Positions 18,703 to 26,952 are shown, counted from the stretch's first letter. The stretch is DNA of 33,785 nucleotides from Bacteroidia bacterium (GCA_044377775.1 JBILYL010000002.1:1-33785), one strand, 5' to 3'. Numbers and translations are program-made. The notes: a model not told the origin generated them from the sequence alone.

Positions 18703-19248
18703 TTATTGTGATATTTTAATGTTTAAACTGAAAAATGAAAATTTATCATCTACAGGTGAAAAGCTAAAATTCAGTTTCTCTCCTGTTTTGCGTGCAATGT
18801 CAATCATTCCTAATCCACCTCCACCTTTCATGGACATTTCACCGTTATTTAATACCGCTTTATAATATTCTTTTAATTCTTCTTTAGAAAGTAAATTGAT
18901 ATCTTCTAATCGCTTCTTTAACCCTTCTACATTTTCTTTTCTGATATAATTACCGGTAACGATGTTGTATTGGTTATCAATTTTACCGATCATAAAAATA
19001 GCAGAGCGGATAACATCATTTTGTTCAGGAGCAACTTCGTCCATATGATGGTAAAGATTTTGAAGACACTCCACTAAAACATTGTAAACTTTCTTTTTGA
19101 TTTTGGGTTCTTCCTGCAAATTATCCAATTTGGATTCCATTATTTGCAAAATGGAGGTCAGCAATTCAGAAGTGATATCACCTTTAAATGAAAGCATAAT
19201 ATTATTACGCTCCATTTTATCATAAAAATCGTAAATATCTAACATCAT
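18703..19248 (-). CDS. SiaB-like protein kinase (GHKL/anti-sigma-kinase-like ATPase fold)
   Basis: 181 aa. Contains NIMLSFKGDIT...L, an N-box-like ECLQNLYHH, and a Gly-rich ATP lid GGGGLGMIDIARKTG. It ends 10 bp upstream of the DUF1987 gene on the same strand. Confidence 0.8.
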   Translation of the reverse strand: MMLDIYDFYDKMERNNIMLSFKGDITSELLTSILQIMESKLDNLQEEPKIKKKVYNVLVECLQNLYHHMDEVAPEQNDVIRSAIFMIGKIDNQYNIVTGNYIRKENVEGLKKRLEDINLLSKEELKEYYKAVLNNGEMSMKGGGGLGMIDIARKTGEKLNFSFSPVDDKFSFFSLNIKISQ

Positions 19249-19304
19249 AAACGCTAAGTTAAATCGATAAAGCTGATATTGATCCTGTTAATTAATTAAT
19301 TAAG

Positions 19305-19312
19305 CAAATATA
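19305..19312 (-). promoter_or_regulatory. Candidate -7 box (TATATTTG on the minus strand) for the siaB/siaC-like operon
   Basis: The plus strand reads CAAATATA, which is TAnnTTTG on the minus strand. It lies 57 bp upstream of the ATG at 19248 and is bracketed by the inverted repeat TCCTGTT...AACAGGA. Confidence 0.4.
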
Positions 19313-19418
19313 TAAATAAGTTTAGTTAATCAAACAGGAACTCACGTTTTTTTACTTCTAATTAATTAACTTATAAACAAAGTCAAATTGGTCATTCGAA
19401 AAGGGTTTCCTTTCAAAA

Positions 19419-20243
19419 TCAATTCATTGTAAACGCGAACGTATTCCCATTTATGGTAAGTGTAGCCTGGTTATCGCAAACACCGGTTCCATAATCAACG
19501 GTACGGACTGCTAAACCTTCCGGTGTCAAATCAATTCGTCCGGAATCGATCCATGGACAAGATGATTTTTTAACAACGGGAACCACCACATTTACGGTAT
19601 AATTTTTCCCTTCTCGATTTTTCCCAACAGCACTTCCTGTGAATTCAAAAACATCATTACTTGCAATCGTATCACCCATTCCAGCAGTTTGTGTTAATGT
19701 TCTTGAACACGCCCACTCCATACTCCAGCTGGCTGCGATACATTTTCCACCGATAATAGAATTCGTATATGAATTTAGAGAATTGTGAACGATCATCATA
19801 CTATCGCAAGCATACTGAACAAAATTGGAAGTACCTGCTTTTTTTACATAATAATTCAATAATTTTACGGTAACAGTTGCACCTAAACTATCCCACGAAC
19901 GGTCAAATGTAGCCTGAATCTGACCTTTACGTGTTTTATTATCTGTAGCATCAACAGTTCCAACAGTACCATAATCAAGGATCAATGTGATCGGGAAACC
20001 ATTCAAAGTATCAGTAGGGTCAATGATAATAGCAGGTGAACCAGACATCATCGATTTCACACCTTGTTCCTTAATGGCAATACTATTGATAACCGGCATG
20101 CGAGAGGTAAATTCACCTTCACAAACGCTATTATCAATAGCCGATTGAGTTTCTGTATCCGGTTCTTCCTTTTTACAAGAAGTAAATGTAAATGTTGTGA
20201 TTGCAGAAACAAAAAAGAGAGAAGAAAAAAGAATACGTTTCAT
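19419..20243 (-). CDS. Hypothetical Cys-containing lipoprotein
   Basis: 274 aa. MKRILFSSLFFVSAITTFTFTSC gives a signal peptide with a lipobox. The mature part appears beta-rich and has six further Cys. I recognise no family. Confidence 0.72.
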   Translation of the reverse strand: MKRILFSSLFFVSAITTFTFTSCKKEEPDTETQSAIDNSVCEGEFTSRMPVINSIAIKEQGVKSMMSGSPAIIIDPTDTLNGFPITLILDYGTVGTVDATDNKTRKGQIQATFDRSWDSLGATVTVKLLNYYVKKAGTSNFVQYACDSMMIVHNSLNSYTNSIIGGKCIAASWSMEWACSRTLTQTAGMGDTIASNDVFEFTGSAVGKNREGKNYTVNVVVPVVKKSSCPWIDSGRIDLTPEGLAVRTVDYGTGVCDNQATLTINGNTFAFTMN

Positions 20244-20286
20244 ATTATTGGAGTTTTGTGTTATAGCTTTATTATATCCTGAGCAT

Positions 20287-20294
20287 CAAATATA
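20287..20294 (-). promoter_or_regulatory. Candidate -7 box (TATATTTG on the minus strand) for the lipoprotein gene
   Basis: The plus strand reads CAAATATA, 44 bp upstream of the ATG at 20243. The extended context AAATATATGAAT recurs at 23667. Confidence 0.4.
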
Positions 20295-20345
20295 TGAATA
20301 TTTTACTATTTTCCAAAATAAAGAGTTCAATGGAATTAAGGAAAA

Positions 20346-23300
20346 TTAAAAACGAATTCCGATAACAAGAATGTCATCGATCTGCTGCAAATCGCCCCTC
20401 CAGTTTTCAAATGTCAGGTCGAGCGTTTTGGCTTGATCTGCCATACTTTCAGACTGCATTGCAAGCAGCAACTCATTGAATCGTTTTACCATAAATTTCT
20501 TACCTTTTTCACCACCAAATTGGTCTGCATAACCATCCGAAGCCATGTAAACTGTATCGCCCTTCTCTAGCGCAAGTGTATGCGAAGTAAATTTCCTGTC
20601 GGCATCAAGCTGTGAGCCACCAATCGAATTTTTATCCGCGTCAATTTTGTTGAATTTATCTTGATTTACAATAAACAATGGACGAAAGGCCCCTGCATAT
20701 TCCAAGGTATTATTTGCACTATCGATGCAGCAGATCGCTACATCCATACCATCGCTGGTATCTACCACATTGGTTCCCTGTTTTAATGCTGCCTGAACAC
20801 CACGGTGCAATGCGTTCAATATTTCATCCGGTTGGGTAATTCCATTCTCGCTAATGATCTGATTTAACAAATTATGTCCAATCATACTCATAAATGCCCC
20901 CGGAACACCGTGTCCTGTGCAATCTACAGCAGCAATAATTTTCTTACCTTCTTTTACCCCAAACCAGTAAAAATCGCCACTAACTATATCTTTAGGTTTA
21001 TAGAGAATAAAAGAGTCGGGGAAATACTTGTATACTTGCTCCAAAGGAGGCAAAATCGCCAGCTGGATACGTTTCGCGTATTGAATGCTGCTGGTGATGT
21101 CTTTGTTTTTTTGTGCCAATTCCTGAGTCCGTTCTTCAACTTTTTCTTCCAGAATTTTATTTTCACGTTTAATGGCACTTGTTCTGTATTTCAAAAAGCC
21201 CCAAAAACTTCCAATAACAATAAATATACAAAGTCCATAAAACATTTTGGTTTTCCAGAATGGCGGGTTGATCCTGATAAAAATCGTTACACCTTCGTTA
21301 TTCCATATTCCATCATTATTTGCTCCTCTCACCCGCAATACGTAATCTCCACCGCTTAATTCTGTATAACTTGCATACCGCTGCGTACTCGGTGGCGACC
21401 AGTCGGCATCAACACCTTCTAGCATATAGGAATATTTATTTTTCCCGGGCATTTGATAATCCAGAGCCACAAAATCAAACGAAAAGAAATTTTGTTTGTA
21501 AGACAGTTCCAAATATTTTTTATCGTAGATAAGCGTATCCAACAAAACTTCTTTACCAAAGCGTTTATAGGATATTATGTGTACCTGTGGGACATTCGGA
21601 TTGTCTTGAATTTTATCAGGGAAAAAAGTATTGAAGCCATTAACGCCTCCTAAAAATATTTCACCGTTTTGTGTTTGATAATATGCTCCCTGATTAAATT
21701 CCAAACCCTGCAAACCATCATTAACATCGTAATTCCTGAATGCAGAACCATTTTCATTTTTCTGTTCAGGGTTAAATTTTGACACTCCTTTATTTGTGCT
21801 CATCCATAAAAAGCCTTTACTATCAAGTAATATGGAATATATAAAATCATTCGGCAAACCATTTTTCTCAAAATATGCTTCAAATTTCCCTGTTTTGTCG
21901 TCCAGTTTATTCAAGCCATTTGAAGTCCCGAACCACATATTTCCATGCTTATCTTCCTGAGAACAATTCACCGAATTCGAACTGATGCTGTTAGCAATTT
22001 CATCCCTGTTAAAAACCCTAAAAACGTTTGAAGCGGGATTGAAGCGAATCACTCCTCCTCCGTCAGTAGCGATCCAGATATTGTTTTTACTATCTTCAAA
22101 AATATTATAGATATTATTAATACTCAATCCGTTTTCACTATTATAATTTGTGAATTTCTTTGTGCTCTTATCGTAAACAAATACTCCGGCACCATAGGTT
22201 CCTATCCAAATTTTACCCCGGGAATCCTGAAAAAGTGAAACAATTGTTGCGGCACTCACAGCTTTAAACTCAGGATAAACAGTGATTTTTTTTGTTTTTT
22301 TATCATAGGAATTTAATCCTGCACCCCAGGTTCCAACCCAGATAATACCATCACGATCTTCCATCAAAGAAAGAATGGAATTATTTCCGGTAGTGGATAT
22401 TTGAGGATAATGCTGATAAGTATTTGTTTCCCGATCCAACGTGGATAAGCCACCGCGACCGGTTCCAACCCACAACAAACCGTCTTTATCCTGAAGCAAT
22501 GCATATACAATGTTACTCTTCAAACCATTTGTTGCACCTGAATTGTTTGTATAAAACTTAAATTTATTGGATGCACGGAAATGTGCATTTACTCCTCCAC
22601 CTTCTGTGCCGATCCATACAGAACCTACTTTATCGTGGTAGATGCACTTAATTTGATTGCTTGATATTCCAGTAAGATTTTTTTCATCAAAAGAAATACT
22701 TCGAAAACGACCGGTTTTTTTATTGTAAAGATCGATTCCTGCTCCATAGGTCGCCAACCAGAGAATACCATTGGCATCTTCGGTAATACTCATCACCTGA
22801 TTATTTACAAGGGAATTTTGATCTCCTTCTTTTTCTCTTAAATTATTGATGAATTTACCTGTTTGCGGATTAAAGATCTGGACTCCTGCTCCGAACGTTC
22901 CAATCCAAAAAACGCCTTCCTTGTCTTCGTAGATAGACCGGATCAAATTAATATTCTCATACAGTAAGTTCCCCGAATTATCGAACTGATTGAAGTGTTC
23001 GAATTTTCCTGTTTTTTTATCGTAAGAGTTCAATCCGCCACCATATGTACCGATCCACAATTTACCATCTGCCGTTTCGTGCAGACACCAGGCGTTATTA
23101 TTGGAAATCGAATTTGCGTTATTGTTATCGTTTAAATAACGGGTGATTTTTTTTGTTTTAGAGTTATATGAGTTTAATCCATCATCAGTACCGATCCATA
23201 ATAATCCATCACTATCTTCCAAAATGGATTTTACATTATTATTACTCAAGCTGTTTTTATTTCCGGAAACGCCAATGTGATGAACAAACTTCCCTGTACT

Positions 23301-23648
23301 CAGATTGTACGAATCAAAACCGCCACCGTTAGTTCCGATGACTAGATCACCATTTTTGGTTTCATACAATGCATTGATAAAATTATTGGAAACAGAATTC
23401 GAATCGAGCTGATTGTTTTTATAAACGGTGATGCTGTATCCGTCATATTTATTGAGACCATCCTGGGTTCCATACCACATAAAACCTTTACTATCCTGCA
23501 GAACACAATTCACAACACCCATAGACAAGCCTTGTTCGGCAGTAATGTGGCTGAATTTAAATTCCTGGGAATTACCTGAAATTGTTAATCCAAATAGCAA
23601 TGACAGCGTTAATAAAACTCTTAAATATGTGGAGCAAAATTTATTCAA
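20346..23648 (-). CDS. Sensor PP2C/SpoIIE-family Ser/Thr phosphatase with a periplasmic double Reg_prop beta-propeller, a Y_Y_Y domain and one TM (SiaA-like role)
   Basis: 1100 aa. Only a TTG start is available upstream of the signal peptide LRVLLTLSLLFGLTISGNSQ. By eye there are about 14 repeats of [LIMF]W[IVLF]GT..G[GL]..[YF][DN], for example LWIGTDDGLNSYN and IWVGTWGAGLNSYD. These are followed by YSYMLEGVDADWS...GDYVLRVRGANNDGIWN (Y_Y_Y), a TM (MFYGLCIFIVIGSFWGFLKY), a coiled coil, and PP2C motifs SGDFYW, DCTGHGVPGA, DGMD, SDGYADQ and DDILVIGIRF. Confidence 0.9.
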   Translation of the reverse strand: MNKFCSTYLRVLLTLSLLFGLTISGNSQEFKFSHITAEQGLSMGVVNCVLQDSKGFMWYGTQDGLNKYDGYSITVYKNNQLDSNSVSNNFINALYETKNGDLVIGTNGGGFDSYNLSTGKFVHHIGVSGNKNSLSNNNVKSILEDSDGLLWIGTDDGLNSYNSKTKKITRYLNDNNNANSISNNNAWCLHETADGKLWIGTYGGGLNSYDKKTGKFEHFNQFDNSGNLLYENINLIRSIYEDKEGVFWIGTFGAGVQIFNPQTGKFINNLREKEGDQNSLVNNQVMSITEDANGILWLATYGAGIDLYNKKTGRFRSISFDEKNLTGISSNQIKCIYHDKVGSVWIGTEGGGVNAHFRASNKFKFYTNNSGATNGLKSNIVYALLQDKDGLLWVGTGRGGLSTLDRETNTYQHYPQISTTGNNSILSLMEDRDGIIWVGTWGAGLNSYDKKTKKITVYPEFKAVSAATIVSLFQDSRGKIWIGTYGAGVFVYDKSTKKFTNYNSENGLSINNIYNIFEDSKNNIWIATDGGGVIRFNPASNVFRVFNRDEIANSISSNSVNCSQEDKHGNMWFGTSNGLNKLDDKTGKFEAYFEKNGLPNDFIYSILLDSKGFLWMSTNKGVSKFNPEQKNENGSAFRNYDVNDGLQGLEFNQGAYYQTQNGEIFLGGVNGFNTFFPDKIQDNPNVPQVHIISYKRFGKEVLLDTLIYDKKYLELSYKQNFFSFDFVALDYQMPGKNKYSYMLEGVDADWSPPSTQRYASYTELSGGDYVLRVRGANNDGIWNNEGVTIFIRINPPFWKTKMFYGLCIFIVIGSFWGFLKYRTSAIKRENKILEEKVEERTQELAQKNKDITSSIQYAKRIQLAILPPLEQVYKYFPDSFILYKPKDIVSGDFYWFGVKEGKKIIAAVDCTGHGVPGAFMSMIGHNLLNQIISENGITQPDEILNALHRGVQAALKQGTNVVDTSDGMDVAICCIDSANNTLEYAGAFRPLFIVNQDKFNKIDADKNSIGGSQLDADRKFTSHTLALEKGDTVYMASDGYADQFGGEKGKKFMVKRFNELLLAMQSESMADQAKTLDLTFENWRGDLQQIDDILVIGIRF

Positions 23649-23665
23649 AATCTTTTATTTGGAAG

Positions 23666-23673
23666 TAAATATA
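23666..23673 (-). promoter_or_regulatory. Candidate -7 box (TATATTTA, one mismatch to TAnnTTTG) for the propeller-PP2C gene
   Basis: The plus strand reads TAAATATA, 18 bp upstream of the TTG at 23648. Confidence 0.3.
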
Positions 23674-23811
23674 TGAATTTTTGGGAAAGGTAATTGAGTA
23701 ATGGGGAATTGTGTGATTGGGTGACAGGAAAGCAGCAGAACACATCTGTCTCAATTTACTTAGTAAGCTTTTTACTTCATCACTATATAACCTTAATTAC
23801 TTTATCACCCC

Positions 23812-25215
23812 TTATATTCTAATACCAATAACCAAAATATCATCGACTTGCTCCAATTCTCCTCTCCATAATTCGAAATGATAATTCAGGATATGCTTTT
23901 GTTCCTCCATGTTGTTATCCTGCATCTCGATCAACAACTCCTGAAATTTTTTGTATTTGAATTTCTTACCTTTAGGTCCACCAAACTGATCAGCATAACC
24001 ATCAGTAAATAAATACACCGAATCACCTTTTTCCAATTTTATCACATGGTTAGTAAATACTTTCACATGCGCATCTTCCGTATCAGCCCCAATCGCTTGT
24101 TTATCGGCCTTCACTTCAATAATTTGTTTTTGGCGTACAATGTATATCGGATTATTTGCTCCGGCATATTGCAGTTCCATCCGATCGAAATTAATGGCAC
24201 ACAATGCCATATCCATTCCGTCTTTAATGGAATTAAGTGTTTTGGTAATTTCTTTATTTAAAAAGCCCAATGAATCAGCAGGGTTTTTCACCGCAGCAAC
24301 TGAAGTAGTTTGATTTAAAATGGTACTACCAATAATGCTCATCAATGCACCGGGAACGCCATGACCGGTACAATCTACTGCAGCCATAACCACAATACGT
24401 TCTGAAGGATTCCCATTTTGAGGAGTTGTGCTTACCGCAGCATGCCAATAGAAATCACCACTCACAATGTCTTTTGGTTTAAAAAGTATAAAATAATCGC
24501 TCAGAACGTCCCTGATCTTTTCTTCAGGCGGCAAAATTGCTTGTTGAATACGTTGAGCATAATTGATACTGTCGCGGATATCTTTATTTTTTTCTTCAAT
24601 GATCTCGTTTTTGATCTCCAGCAAATTATTGGATTCGGCCAACGCCAAACGTGCAATGATCTCCTTTTTAGTAAGGTTTGTTCTGGTATGAATCAACAAA
24701 ATTGTAAACAAGGCAACAGAGAGTGTGAGCATCCCTCCATTGATCAGTATCTCACCTACCGACAAGTGACCAAAAAGACTAAAGCAAATAATGTTTGCCA
24801 CTAAGGAAATGCCGACTACCCAATAAGAATAAATGGGGCGCCACAACACAAACATTCCGGCACCTATAAATAAGGCGATGTAAGCAAAGGTATGTTTCTG
24901 CAATTCAGAAACATTTAAAACACTGAACATATAAGCATTCTGAACAGAGATGCCGATAAAAGGTATAAATGCAATGATCTCGGGGTGTTTCAGGAATTTG
25001 CTTTTCATAAGCACAACAACAAGTGTCAATATAGCGACAGTAATGCGAAAAATCAGAAAATCAGTAAAATGATCGGGACTATTAAAATAATCGCCTATGG
25101 CCCATATGGGATTTAAACCAACAGCGACCCAAGCAATTAGCACGTGGTATTTAAAAGCTGCTGCTTTTAATTCGGTTTTCCAATCAACAGGAGTAATTTG
25201 ACTGATTTTTGCCAT
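23812..25215 (-). CDS. Polytopic-membrane sensor PP2C/SpoIIE-family Ser/Thr phosphatase (SiaA-like role)
   Basis: The ATG at 25215 (MAKISQITPVDW) is preferred over the ORF-track TTG at 25236. The N-terminal ~190 aa hold about 6-7 hydrophobic helices. A coiled-coil linker follows, then a PP2C domain closely paralogous to that of 20346..23648 (KPKDIVSGDFYW, AAVDCTGHGVPGA, DGMD, TDGYADQFGG.KGKKF, DDILVIGIRI). Confidence 0.9.
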   Translation of the reverse strand: MAKISQITPVDWKTELKAAAFKYHVLIAWVAVGLNPIWAIGDYFNSPDHFTDFLIFRITVAILTLVVVLMKSKFLKHPEIIAFIPFIGISVQNAYMFSVLNVSELQKHTFAYIALFIGAGMFVLWRPIYSYWVVGISLVANIICFSLFGHLSVGEILINGGMLTLSVALFTILLIHTRTNLTKKEIIARLALAESNNLLEIKNEIIEEKNKDIRDSINYAQRIQQAILPPEEKIRDVLSDYFILFKPKDIVSGDFYWHAAVSTTPQNGNPSERIVVMAAVDCTGHGVPGALMSIIGSTILNQTTSVAAVKNPADSLGFLNKEITKTLNSIKDGMDMALCAINFDRMELQYAGANNPIYIVRQKQIIEVKADKQAIGADTEDAHVKVFTNHVIKLEKGDSVYLFTDGYADQFGGPKGKKFKYKKFQELLIEMQDNNMEEQKHILNYHFELWRGELEQVDDILVIGIRI

Positions 25216-25233
25216 AAGAATTATTAATGCAAT

Positions 25234-25241
25234 CAAATTTA
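25234..25241 (-). promoter_or_regulatory. Candidate -7 box (TAAATTTG on the minus strand) for the 7TM-PP2C gene
   Basis: The plus strand reads CAAATTTA, 19 bp upstream of the ATG at 25215. Confidence 0.4.
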
Positions 25242-25430
25242 CTGTTTAATAAATTTACAAGCAAATCTTTTATTTCTAAATGCAACTTCTGTATGTATAA
25301 TGAATTTGCATGTAGTATAAAGTCCGCTCCGAATGAACTCCATCAGTTAATATCTAAAATTTATCACTTAGTCTCTTTAAACAAGGCTGGTACGTTTAAT
25401 AATTTCTATTTTTACAACAAATTAAAATAG

Positions 25431-26174
25431 ATGTCCGGAATTAAACATACAGAATGGTTTGAAAGTTGGTTTGATTCGCCTTACTATCACCTGCTTTATA
25501 AAAACAGGGACTTTTCAGAAGCGGAATTGTTTATCGACAACCTGATAACACTACTTCATCCTGAAAAGGGAAGCCGTTTCATGGATCTGGGCTGCGGCAA
25601 AGGACGCCACTCTTTTTATCTCAATCAAAAAGGTTTTGATGTAACCGGAGTGGATCTTTCGGAGGAAAGTATCCGTTGTGCAAAACAATCTGAGAATGAG
25701 CATTTACATTTTTACGTGCATGATATGCGTAAACTTTTCAGAACCAATTATTTTGATGTAATTGTAAATTTATTTACCAGCTTCGGTTATTTTGAGCAAA
25801 AACGAGATGATCAGGCAACCTTCGATGCTTTATGCAAAGGATTGAAACCGGAAGGAATATTTGTTATGGACTTTATGAATTCGAAAAAAGTTATTTCAAA
25901 TTTATCTCTCTTCGAAACAAAAATTATTGAAGAAATTGAATTTAAGATCACTAAAAAAATTGAAAATAATTTTATTGTCAAACAAATTGAATTCTTCGAC
26001 AAAGGAAAACATTACTGTTTTCAGGAGCGTGTAAAAGCATTAATACTAAGCGATTTCGAGAAATACTTTGAAGCAAATAAACTTAAAATAGTACATTTGC
26101 GGGGCAATTACAATCTGGAGGAATTTAATGAAATAAGTTCGGACAGGTTGATCATTGTTGCGAAAAAAGTCTAA
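25431..26174 (+). CDS. Class I SAM-dependent methyltransferase
   Basis: 247 aa. Contains FMDLGCGKGRHS (motif I), VTGVDLS, and a later D.IVNLFTSFGY. The substrate is unknown. Confidence 0.85.
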   Translation: MSGIKHTEWFESWFDSPYYHLLYKNRDFSEAELFIDNLITLLHPEKGSRFMDLGCGKGRHSFYLNQKGFDVTGVDLSEESIRCAKQSENEHLHFYVHDMRKLFRTNYFDVIVNLFTSFGYFEQKRDDQATFDALCKGLKPEGIFVMDFMNSKKVISNLSLFETKIIEEIEFKITKKIENNFIVKQIEFFDKGKHYCFQERVKALILSDFEKYFEANKLKIVHLRGNYNLEEFNEISSDRLIIVAKKV

Positions 26175-26235
26175 GATCGTTTCGTTCACTGTAATGACGG
26201 GATAAATTAAATTCGCGTAAAAAAACATTTACAAC

Positions 26236-26952
26236 ATGAATTATTTAATGTACATCATTCTATTTTTATCTGTAATCCTTAGCGGAACGAGTGTGCTATT
26301 CATAAACATCAGCAGTAAACACTTAAAGCTGCTGCTCTCTTTCAGTGGTGCTTTCTTGTTTGCAATCAGTGTACTTCACCTGATCCCTGAAATTTATTTG
26401 TCGGGGACGCCCGATATCGGCATTTATATATTGATTGGTTTTTTTGCTCAGATATTATTGGAGTTTTTCTCTGAAGGGATTGAACACGGACACATTCATG
26501 TTCACAAGCACGACCACAAACACACAGCATTTCCATACGCAATGATGATCGGCTTATCCATCCATTCATTTTTAGAAGGGATGCCTTTGGCGAATATGGC
26601 AACAGATGCCCACAATTCTTTATTGACAGGAATTGTAATGCACAACATTCCTATTGCTATTGCACTGATGACAATGCTTTTACAATCACACATCAGCAAA
26701 CAAAAGGCAATAATTTGGCTTATCGTATTTGCTCTGGTTACACCATTAGGGACGTTAATCAGCTATGCCATCGGACAAAACCTGCTTTTTGATCTTTCCA
26801 TCTATTTTGACAAGATCATGGCAGTAGTAATTGGAATTTTCCTACATATCTCCACAACTATACTATTTGAATCGAGTGAAAATCATCGGTTTAACCTTAT
26901 AAAGTTTGCAATGATCTTATTGGGAGCCGCTACAGCAATAGTGATGATGTAG
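26236..26952 (+). CDS. ZIP-family divalent metal transporter (ZupT-like)
   Basis: 238 aa, polytopic. Contains a His-rich loop EHGHIHVHKHDHKH, and HSFLEGMP / HNIPIA motifs characteristic of ZIP transporters. Confidence 0.85.
   Translation: MNYLMYIILFLSVILSGTSVLFINISSKHLKLLLSFSGAFLFAISVLHLIPEIYLSGTPDIGIYILIGFFAQILLEFFSEGIEHGHIHVHKHDHKHTAFPYAMMIGLSIHSFLEGMPLANMATDAHNSLLTGIVMHNIPIAIALMTMLLQSHISKQKAIIWLIVFALVTPLGTLISYAIGQNLLFDLSIYFDKIMAVVIGIFLHISTTILFESSENHRFNLIKFAMILLGAATAIVMM

Noticed and set aside
19283-19353. The TCCTGTT...AACAGGA hairpin followed by CTCACGTTTTTTT, considered as a plus-strand terminator.
   Set aside because: No plus-strand gene ends near it. The loop is about 43 nt and the T-run is separated from the stem by 6 nt. 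It is more sensibly treated as promoter or operator context for the minus-strand siaB-like gene.
5538-26699. About 45 short (60-160 aa) ORF-track entries nested inside or antisense to long CDS. Examples are 5538..5876, 7133..7393, 10787..11245, 14770..15420, 16597..16881, 20874..21653, 24046..24804 and 26366..26699.
   Set aside because: Each lies wholly inside a strongly supported gene (amidase-like, priA, pfkA, ABC, PP2C genes, ZIP). Their translations are rich in Phe, Ile, Asn, Ser and Cys, which is characteristic of out-of-frame AT-rich sequence, and none shows a recognisable domain.
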